A stretch of 5,823 nucleotides of DNA from a virus (taxonomy: Duplodnaviria > Heunggongvirae > Uroviricota > Caudoviricetes): the IMG/VR virus record IMGVR_UViG_2713896784_000012, positions 1-5,823 of that record. One strand, given 5' to 3'. Below, piece by piece: positions 1 to 5,432 of this stretch. A program made the position numbers and the translations under genes. The notes under the pieces are model-generated. The model was given only the letters and a program-made list of their open reading frames with translations, did no database searches and had not been told where the DNA came from. The stretch's first letter is position 1. Each line of letters opens with the position of its first letter.

Positions 1-569
1 AATGCGTCCACCACCTGATTGCAGACTGCCCACCAGGATAATTCAGCCAGCGATAATTCCCGCTCCTGCGTGCCATTCATTACATGGCGTATGACGTCAA
101 TCATCCAGGCTGTCAGATTTTGTTGAGTAAGTTGCTCAAGTGATTCGGAGGTCTGGTCGCGCAGCTGGTTGTCGCAGTGCCAGCACAACACCATTGCGCC
201 AGCACCGTAACTGTGAATAACGGTTTCGCTGTGATGATAATCGCCGTGTGGCCACTGGCAGGATTTCACGTGACGTAATAACCAGTCAGACAGTGCACCA
301 GCGCCGCCAGCTGCACGAATCACCCGCTCATCGCTGAAAAATGGCAGCAGTGATTTATCTTCCGCCAGCGGCTGGCGAACAGCAGGAACCGCTCCAGATG
401 GCAGCGCCCGCATGTTTTTCGGTTCCGGCTCCACCAGCACCCTGCCGCGATGAAAAACTGGCAATGATTCACGACCGGGCTTAAGGACCACCAGCCCGAG
501 TTCCGGAACCAGAACAGGTCGAAGTAATACCCGCACATTACCTCCAGACGCGCTGACGGTAGCAGGCAT
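1..569 (-). CDS. Partial CDS (3' end beyond left edge): hypothetical Cys/His-rich prophage protein. Frame is open from 620 down to 1; candidate starts are ATG 569 or GTG 590, or the frame is joined by frameshift to the 538..810 ORF
   Basis: Manual minus-strand translation gives an uninterrupted frame of more than 200 codons (…VHICHGHMPATVSASGGNVRVLLRPVLVPELGLVVLKPGRE…HVKSCQWPHGDYHHSETVIHSYGAGAMVLCWHCDNQLRDQ…ELSWWAVCNQVVDA) leaving the window at position 1. It is absent from the ORF track only because it has no in-window stop. No convincing SD precedes either candidate start. Family not recognised; its position after the nin-like region and its size are compatible with a large DUF968/YdfU-like or late-regulator gene, but that is inference only. 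Confidence 0.45.
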   Translation of the reverse strand, partial: MPATVSASGGNVRVLLRPVLVPELGLVVLKPGRESLPVFHRGRVLVEPEPKNMRALPSGAVPAVRQPLAEDKSLLPFFSDERVIRAAGGAGALSDWLLRHVKSCQWPHGDYHHSETVIHSYGAGAMVLCWHCDNQLRDQTSESLEQLTQQNLTAWMIDVIRHVMNGTQERELSLAELSWWAVCNQVVDA

Positions 570-810
570 GTGTCCGTGGCAGATGTGCACGAACAGGAAG
601 ATATACAGAAACGGTCCAGGTCAGACGATCAGCGTTCAGACTCCGCTCCACACGGACACCGCGACGCAGATACGCCTCTTGAAGCATATCTGCCTCATCG
701 ATCGTACAGAACAGATAGTGAAACCAGCCATACTGAGGCGCACGAAAACGCCTCCCCTGCTTAATTTCCGGGTCGGCTTCAGAATTGTGGGATTTTATGT
801 GTTGTGTCAT
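538..810 (-). CDS. Hypothetical protein (90 aa as an isolated ORF); possibly the N-terminal part of a longer frameshifted gene continuing in the 1..620 frame
   Basis: ATG at 810 preceded by a good SD (minus strand …ccGGAGAatccgATG). The ORF stops at 538-540 while the neighbouring frame is open from 620 leftward. Product not recognised. Confidence 0.45.
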   Translation of the reverse strand: MTQHIKSHNSEADPEIKQGRRFRAPQYGWFHYLFCTIDEADMLQEAYLRRGVRVERSLNADRLTWTVSVYLPVRAHLPRTHACYRQRVWR

Positions 811-884
811 CGGATTCTCCGGTGACAGCAGGTGTCAGTTGTTCAGGCTGACTGCGCGAATTGTAAGGCAATACGCCGGAATGT

Positions 885-913
885 ACAAACAGAAAACCCG
901 TCAGTAAGACGGG
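885..913 (-). terminator. Rho-independent terminator downstream of the BOF gene
   Basis: Inverted repeat cccgtc (897-902) / gacggg (908-913) with a 5-nt loop, followed on the minus strand by TTTTCTGTTTGT (complement of 885-896); lies 19 nt after the TAA stop at 932-934. Confidence 0.6.
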
Positions 914-931
914 CTTAACAAGCAGGGGCGG

Positions 932-1276
932 TTACTTTAATAATTTCAGTGCCTTTACATCAACTTCAACACTGCTCAGGTCTTTATCAATTTCACCCTC
1001 AATTCTTACTTTGTCTTTCGGAGAAACATTCTGCCCGGCCCATACGCTGTCATCAATATCCGTGACAATTGTCCCGCTATTGTCACGAAACTCATAACGT
1101 TCATCACCCACTTTTTTAACGATGCTCCCTTCAAGGATAACCCATGCATCATCCTTCAGTTCTTTTGCCTGCGCTACTGTTGAACGCTCTGCTTCTGGCC
1201 CCTGGAAACCACCCTGCTGTGCAAAAGCGCCAAAAGACACACCGGAAATAAGTGCTGCAATCAATACCTTTTTCAT
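932..1276 (-). CDS. YgiW/YdeI (BOF, bacterial OB-fold) family periplasmic protein with signal peptide; prophage cargo (moron) candidate
   Basis: 114-aa ORF. N-terminal signal peptide MKKVLIAALISGVSFGAFA. The mature part (…DDAWVILEGSIVKKVGDERYEFRDNSGTIVTDIDDSVWAGQNVSPKDKVRIEGEIDKDLSSVEVDVKAL…) matches the recalled YgiW/YdeI pattern. SD AGAGGA lies 6 nt upstream of ATG 1276. Own terminator downstream. Confidence 0.85.
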   Translation of the reverse strand: MKKVLIAALISGVSFGAFAQQGGFQGPEAERSTVAQAKELKDDAWVILEGSIVKKVGDERYEFRDNSGTIVTDIDDSVWAGQNVSPKDKVRIEGEIDKDLSSVEVDVKALKLLK

Positions 1277-1518
1277 TCATAGTCCTCTTTCAGAGATGAA
1301 CATTCAAACAGCATTTTCAGTATGGTAAAGCGCGGGTGCGTTGAGGATGCCTGACACATCAGAGGTGGCGGGAGATTACTCCCCCGCCTGGTCTCTTACT
1401 TCTCAGATTCGTAGTCTACGAAGACAGCGACCTCCGTCTGACCGGTTCGGATTCGCACCTCGCAGAGGTCTTTCCTCGTTACCAGTGCCGTCACTATGAC
1501 GGTTAAACAGATGACGAT

Positions 1519-1568
1519 NNNNNNNNNNNNNNNNNNNNNNNNNNNNNNNNNNNNNNNNNNNNNNNNNN
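1519..1568. other. Run of 50 N (assembly gap or masked sequence)
   Basis: Directly visible as n characters; gene content across and next to it cannot be trusted. Confidence 0.99.
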
Positions 1569-1746
1569 GGCTTTTCTCTATCTGCCGTTGGTGTTCATGC
1601 CCGAGGCAGATAGCCTCAAGCACCCGCAGCAATTCTACTTAACTATCCTTTTCCCGCAAACCGTTTTTATCCCCAGCGGCAAATCGAATACACCACCAGC
1701 GCCACCGCCATCGCAATTCCTACCGTTGTGAATGCTTCAGGCCAGG

Positions 1747-2304
1747 TCATTGATTCACCTCCTGCGGCGGTTCTGGTAGCGACATCCAGTGGGTTGCTTG
1801 CCTAAGATCATTACCCGGACTAACTGCTATACCTCCGCGCCGGAACGTGCCTCCGAGATAGCGTGCGGAATATATTAATGGCCCAGCCTCGCTATCGATA
1901 TTCATCGAAATAAGCACGTTCTGGCTCTTTTCAGGCATTCGCTCAGTACAGCTTATCCAGCCATCCAGAGTTATCGGAGATCTGGTTGACGTTTCCGAGA
2001 TTTCCCGAAAATTGTTGGTTGACGAATTCTTATTTTCCCGAAAGTTTCCGGCCTGAAGCATGGCGACGCGGCAGGCGTTCCAGCCATCAGCATATGTTTT
2101 AGTTACACCGTCGAGATGGCAGGTAAGCAAATCCATTTCATCAGGCACTACCATTGCTATCGGCTCTGCTTCCAGTGATGCCAGCGCGATACGAAACACA
2201 TTAGCCAGCAGGCTGTCTGAAGACTTGTTATCGTGCGCCGAGTCGCTCAGGAAGCCTGTGATGTATGATTTAATCTCCGCGCGTTCTCTGGTAATAGTGC
2301 TCAT
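1747..2304 (-). CDS. DUF551 domain-containing prophage protein
   Basis: 185-aa ORF with C-terminal …DGWISCTERMPEKSQNVLI…GPLIYSARYLGG…THWMSLPEPPQE, matching the recalled DUF551 signature (THWMPLPEPP near the C-terminus). SD AAGGAA lies 7 nt upstream of ATG 2304. The stop of the upstream gene (2306-2308) abuts the start. Confidence 0.8.
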   Translation of the reverse strand: MSTITRERAEIKSYITGFLSDSAHDNKSSDSLLANVFRIALASLEAEPIAMVVPDEMDLLTCHLDGVTKTYADGWNACRVAMLQAGNFRENKNSSTNNFREISETSTRSPITLDGWISCTERMPEKSQNVLISMNIDSEAGPLIYSARYLGGTFRRGGIAVSPGNDLRQATHWMSLPEPPQEVNQ

Positions 2305-2305
2305 A

Positions 2306-2524
2306 TCAGTTTTCCTTATACGGATTAATTTTATTGTGCAGTGCGCTGAATGATTCCCATGTCACATCGGTATATAGCTCAATAACTGGTTCAAATGTCC
2401 TTCCAATTATCCAGACCAGTAATAGCGGGGATATCGGTATCATCAACACTATAAACAGAATGAAAAACAGAAACTCTGTTGTTCTGCTCTTTCGTGGGTA
2501 ATTTTTTTCTAAATAATGTTTCAT
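2306..2524 (-). CDS. Small hydrophobic (single predicted TM segment) protein, 72 aa, function unknown
   Basis: ORF MKHYLEKNYPRKSRTTEFLFFILFIVLMIPISPLLLVWIIGRTF… with a roughly 23-residue hydrophobic stretch. The gene is visibly AT-rich compared with its neighbours. ATG 2524 is preceded by the hairpin/SD arrangement listed next. Confidence 0.55.
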   Translation of the reverse strand: MKHYLEKNYPRKSRTTEFLFFILFIVLMIPISPLLLVWIIGRTFEPVIELYTDVTWESFSALHNKINPYKEN

Positions 2525-2551
2525 TTCTTACCGCCCTTTCGGGCGGCCTCC
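2525..2551 (-). promoter_or_regulatory. Translation-initiation region with a structured spacer: SD GGAGG, 6-bp GC hairpin with GAAA tetraloop, then UAAGAA-AUG
   Basis: Minus-strand RNA reads …GGAGG CCGCCC GAAA GGGCGG UAAGAA AUG. Perfect 6-bp inverted repeat at 2531-2546, GGAGG at 2547-2551, start codon at 2524-2522. Confidence 0.5.
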
Positions 2552-2651
2552 TGATGTTCTGAGGGTGCAGGAATCCCTCCGGTTAAGGATTTAATAAAAA
2601 TCGTTTCTGATTTAAATCTTCAGTATTTAGTTGTTAGTTGGTTTATCGCCT

Positions 2652-2963
2652 TTATGCTTCAGCCTTATTTCGCAACCAGACACAAACCGGGCCATCTTCC
2701 GTATCATGAATGGAACCAATAAACCAGCCATCGCCCTCTGGTCGTTCCGGTTCCCATGCAGAAATATCAGCATCACACGCATCAAGGTCAGCACATCCTT
2801 CATCTCTGAAGCAGAGGACGTATTGAAGATTATTTTCCTCCATCCAGGCGTTAAACTCTTCCGTTGAAATATATTCCCGACCATCACAGAATTTTTCATA
2901 TTCAGGATGTGTCCAGTAGCCATATCCGTCACGAACTACCGGCATTTCTTTAATTTCACTCAC
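2652..2963 (-). CDS. Small highly acidic, Trp/Cys-containing hypothetical protein (103 aa)
   Basis: GTG start at 2963 with SD AGGAGG 6 nt upstream; overlaps the upstream gene stop by 8 nt. By my count about 25 D/E against 8 K/R, five Trp and five Cys. Family not recognised. Confidence 0.65.
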   Translation of the reverse strand: MSEIKEMPVVRDGYGYWTHPEYEKFCDGREYISTEEFNAWMEENNLQYVLCFRDEGCADLDACDADISAWEPERPEGDGWFIGSIHDTEDGPVCVWLRNKAEA

Positions 2964-3183
2964 TGTTAACCTCCTGCAACGCTACACGATACGCCTTCTT
3001 TATCCACGCCTTACTGCCATATAATTTCGTCTTCATAATAAACACACCTGCACGACTCGCCGATATCCCCGGACAGGTTAACAGCACAGCATCCACCACA
3101 CGGTTATGCTTCCGAAACTCCATTACAGTACTGCTGATAACCACCTGCCCCACCGGGCCGTAATCCTGATACAGGATTTTCAC
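2956..3183 (-). CDS. Small basic hypothetical protein (75 aa)
   Basis: GTG start at 3183 overlapping the TGA stop of the upstream HTH gene (GTGA). AGGAGG lies 8 nt upstream, inside the end of the upstream gene. Net basic composition. Family not recognised. Confidence 0.5.
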   Translation of the reverse strand: MKILYQDYGPVGQVVISSTVMEFRKHNRVVDAVLLTCPGISASRAGVFIMKTKLYGSKAWIKKAYRVALQEVNSE

Positions 3184-3461
3184 GCAGACACCCTCCTGTC
3201 GAAATAAACGTAGTTATTCACTATGCGCAGCGGCATGCCTAATTTTCTGGCAATTTCCCTTCTTTGCATGCCTCTCTGATGCAGTTGCCGCGCCAGCTCA
3301 ATATCACGCTGAGAATATTTTGCCGACGGGTGAAAATCACCACGTAACATCATGCTGATGCCCAGCTCCCGTGCCTTCGTTCTCACTGCCGCTTCAGTTC
3401 GTCCGATAAGTGCGCCAACGCTTTTTACCTTCATCGTTCCCGCACACTGCCGGAGTATCAT
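3180..3461 (-). CDS. Small helix-turn-helix DNA-binding protein (about 93 aa from ATG 3461; alternative start ATG 3434)
   Basis: HTH-like segments SVGALIGRTEAAVRTKARELGI and QRREIARKLGMPLRIVNNYV. The track ORF extends to 3584, but that would overlap the upstream gene by about 90 nt; an internal ATG just downstream of the upstream stop (3494-3496) is more plausible. Confidence 0.55.
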   Translation of the reverse strand: MILRQCAGTMKVKSVGALIGRTEAAVRTKARELGISMMLRGDFHPSAKYSQRDIELARQLHQRGMQRREIARKLGMPLRIVNNYVYFDRRVSA

Positions 3462-3493
3462 GATTTCCGCCCGGCACCACGTCTTCCACCCAC

Positions 3494-4210
3494 TCACCGC
3501 TGCTGTTCTCTGGTGGCGGTAATATCCCGGAGAATATCCCGGCACTTGTTCAGCTCCCGCAGCGCGGCGCAGACTCGCTCCCACTTCTGAACCTGACCTT
3601 TTGCCCGGCGCAGCTCGCGGTTAGCCACATGCAGCGATGGTAAAATCAGACCATCCGGATGCTTTCTGGTGAACGACGGCTGTGACTGCACTGTGACCGC
3701 CACACTTTCCGTTTTTATTTCTTCCTGTGTTTCCGCTTCCCCGACTGGTAACGCAACACCTGCTGGCTGAGGAAAGGCTTTACCATCCGTTTCCGTTATG
3801 GATGCGGCTTTCGGCTCTGCCGGTAAATCAGCGCCCGGTATGCAGTACCGAAATTTACCGCCCTGATTCACGCGAATCAGACGCCCTTTGCTGATTGCCA
3901 TGGCCAGTGATGAATTCGCCCGGCGGGAGGTAATCCCGAACATCAGTGCCAGCTCATCCGCCGTTTGTGGGCCATGATGTTCAATCGCCTCAGTCAGCAT
4001 TTGCGCTGTCACTTTCGGTACCGGTGACACTGGTTCACTTTCACCAGTCTGAGTCAGCCACCACATCGACCCCTTGTTATCCGCTTCACCACGGCGCTTC
4101 AGTTTCCACAGTTCGTTGACAGCATCTTCGCGGCTGATTCCAAGGCGCGATGCCACTACCTGTGAAGAGGCTTTTTTCAGTGCTTTCAGTGCGTCAAATA
4201 CGGTTTCCAT
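3494..4210 (-). CDS. Hypothetical prophage protein with two predicted winged-helix-like segments and a charged C-terminal helical region (238 aa from ATG 4210)
   Basis: The track ORF begins at a TTG (4228); the first ATG (4210) is preceded by GGAGG. Segments …[26 protein letters not shown]… and …[42 protein letters not shown]… look like wHTH motifs (inference). Confidence 0.65.
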   Translation of the reverse strand: METVFDALKALKKASSQVVASRLGISREDAVNELWKLKRRGEADNKGSMWWLTQTGESEPVSPVPKVTAQMLTEAIEHHGPQTADELALMFGITSRRANSSLAMAISKGRLIRVNQGGKFRYCIPGADLPAEPKAASITETDGKAFPQPAGVALPVGEAETQEEIKTESVAVTVQSQPSFTRKHPDGLILPSLHVANRELRRAKGQVQKWERVCAALRELNKCRDILRDITATREQQR

Positions 4211-4243
4211 TAATATTTCCTCCGACAAAATCGTTTCTCAGAT

Positions 4244-4906
4244 TCAAATAAAACCAGCTGCCTTCCGGCGTTCGTATTCCTGTTTCAGCCGTTCAATTGG
4301 CGTTGGCCCTTGCGGGTGTTTCGCCCCTTCCAGTTGTCGTCGCACTGGCGGAACACTCATCCCGTTACCAACATGCTTTGCCCATTTCGTCAGTTGCCGT
4401 TCCGCAAGTCGTTTTAACTCACCTTGCGTCATCTGGCGCTCAATCCCTCTGGTACGCATTTCGAGGCAGATGTGGTACAGCACAGGCTGTGGCCACGGGT
4501 ATTTATCACTCCCGTCGTATCGCCAGGATTCATTGCGCCAGCGCCGGTACTCTTCCATCACGGCATCCACCGTAAGACCAAATGGATTTGCCCCACTCTC
4601 CGAAATCAGCGCAACAAACTCAGCCAGGTCCGGGGGCCACGTTTCACCCGCCCGGCAGCGGTCCATGCACTGACGGCACACCAGACGGATTTGCTGTTCA
4701 GTCATCGCACCAATCTGGGCAATCCAGAGCTTCGAAGGTGCGGCCCCGTTCTTCTGAGTCCAGCGGTTCGAATACACCTCCCCCATGAGCTCCCACAGCT
4801 TCCAGGCCGTTTCCGTTGCTGATAAATCCGTTGTCACGTTCCCACTGTTCGCGTGCAGCCCGGATTTCCTGAACTGCCCGTGATGCCGTGCCACCTGATG
4901 CTGCAT
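4244..4906 (-). CDS. Replication protein P-like (lambda P family helicase loader)
   Basis: Recalled lambda P motifs align: FVAWC region to FVALISES; VDMVYEYCRKRG…YPWKS…MR to VDAVMEEYRRWRN…YPWPQP…EMR; LTDAELRRKAADEL to MTQGELKRLAERQL. SD AGGGGGGA precedes ATG 4906. Sits immediately downstream of the initiator homologue, as in lambda O-P. Confidence 0.8.
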   Translation of the reverse strand: MQHQVARHHGQFRKSGLHANSGNVTTDLSATETAWKLWELMGEVYSNRWTQKNGAAPSKLWIAQIGAMTEQQIRLVCRQCMDRCRAGETWPPDLAEFVALISESGANPFGLTVDAVMEEYRRWRNESWRYDGSDKYPWPQPVLYHICLEMRTRGIERQMTQGELKRLAERQLTKWAKHVGNGMSVPPVRRQLEGAKHPQGPTPIERLKQEYERRKAAGFI

Positions 4907-5432
4907 GGCTTCCCCCCTTGCTGACTGGTTTTACCTGTGCCCTGACGTGCTGCACGTGGCGGGCAAATTTCTGCTCCCACTGAACCTGCGTGAAAACCTT
5001 CCCCTCCGCCATCCAGTAATCCCGGAATGCGGCAAGCTCAGCAGGTGTAAATTCCGGCTCAGGCAGAGCCATACCCCACACTGCTGCCCGTTGTCGAAAA
5101 TCCGGCGACGGCTGCCAGACAGTAGTCATCGAAAATTTCCCGATCGGTTCGCTCAGGCCGTCCAGGTATTCAGGTTCGGCTGTCTGCAACGGCGCACCAT
5201 TCGACTCACTGGTCGGAATACTCTCGCGCGCGTTATGTGTGGGGTTTAATTCTGTATCTGTATCTTTATCTGTATCTTTATCTGTCGTGACTTGTCGTGA
5301 CTTGTCGTGACAGATGCGTGACACGTCGTGACTCATCGTGACAATCAGCATTATGTTTCCGCAGCTTTTCCCGCTCCCGCTGCGCTCTCTTGCGCTCTGC
5401 CGGGGATTTTGCCGTTTGCGAAACGTTACCAT
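4698..5432 (-). CDS. Replication initiator, C-terminal part: open frame containing a DnaT-like domain; frame-broken relative to the N-terminal domain ORF and overlapping the P-like gene
   Basis: …IGKFSMTTVWQPSPDFRQRAAVWGMALPEPEFTPAELAAFRDYWMAEGKVFTQVQWEQKFARHVQ… closely matches the recalled C-terminal region of E. coli DnaT ([63 protein letters not shown]). The true start and true end are uncertain. Confidence 0.6.
   Translation of the reverse strand: MVTFRKRQNPRQSARERSGSGKSCGNIMLIVTMSHDVSRICHDKSRQVTTDKDTDKDTDTELNPTHNARESIPTSESNGAPLQTAEPEYLDGLSEPIGKFSMTTVWQPSPDFRQRAAVWGMALPEPEFTPAELAAFRDYWMAEGKVFTQVQWEQKFARHVQHVRAQVKPVSKGGSHAASGGTASRAVQEIRAAREQWERDNGFISNGNGLEAVGAHGGGVFEPLDSEERGRTFEALDCPDWCDD
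5251..5286. repeat. Tandem hexamer tract (TCTKTA x6), AT-rich, next to iteron array A
   Basis: tctgta tctgta tcttta tctgta tcttta tctgtc; encodes the DKDTDKDTD tract in the C-terminal initiator frame. Confidence 0.7.

Noticed and set aside
320-538. Minus-strand ORF 320..538 (MCGYYFDLFWFRNSGWW…)
   Set aside because: It overlaps the long open frame that reads as a plausible protein; its translation is Trp/Cys-rich and not protein-like; it has no SD.
568-825. Plus-strand ORFs from the track (568..825, 570..764, 1122..1328, 2060..2353, 2631..2867, 4074..4673, 4297..4575, 4424..4822, 4582..4788, 4905..5249, 5609..5809)
   Set aside because: All are antisense to minus-strand genes that have SDs and/or recognisable family signatures, lack ribosome-binding sites of their own, and have low-complexity or Arg/Ser/Pro-rich translations typical of antisense frames.
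1367-1388. Imperfect GC hairpin (ggcgggag…ctcccccgcc) as a possible terminator
   Set aside because: On the minus strand, where all the genes are, it is not followed by a U-tract. On the plus strand the downstream tract is only moderately T-rich and there is no plus-strand gene to terminate.
1440-1470. GGTTCGGATTC motif resembling a tRNA T-loop
   Set aside because: No matching T-stem, acceptor stem or anticodon arm could be built around it on either strand.
1396-1632. Minus-strand ORF 1396..1632 spanning the N run
   Set aside because: The translation crosses 50 unknown bases and begins at a TTG, so frame continuity cannot be established. A real gene may exist here but cannot be supported.
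1984-2044. 33-bp imperfect direct repeat (GGTTGACG…TTTCCCGAAA, twice) inside the DUF551 gene
   Set aside because: It lies wholly within coding sequence and corresponds to a repeated NFRE-containing peptide segment, so it is most simply an internal protein repeat rather than a regulatory site.
3462-3584. Extended start (3584) for the HTH gene given by the track
   Set aside because: It would overlap the upstream gene by about 90 nt in another frame; an internal ATG just past the upstream stop is more parsimonious.
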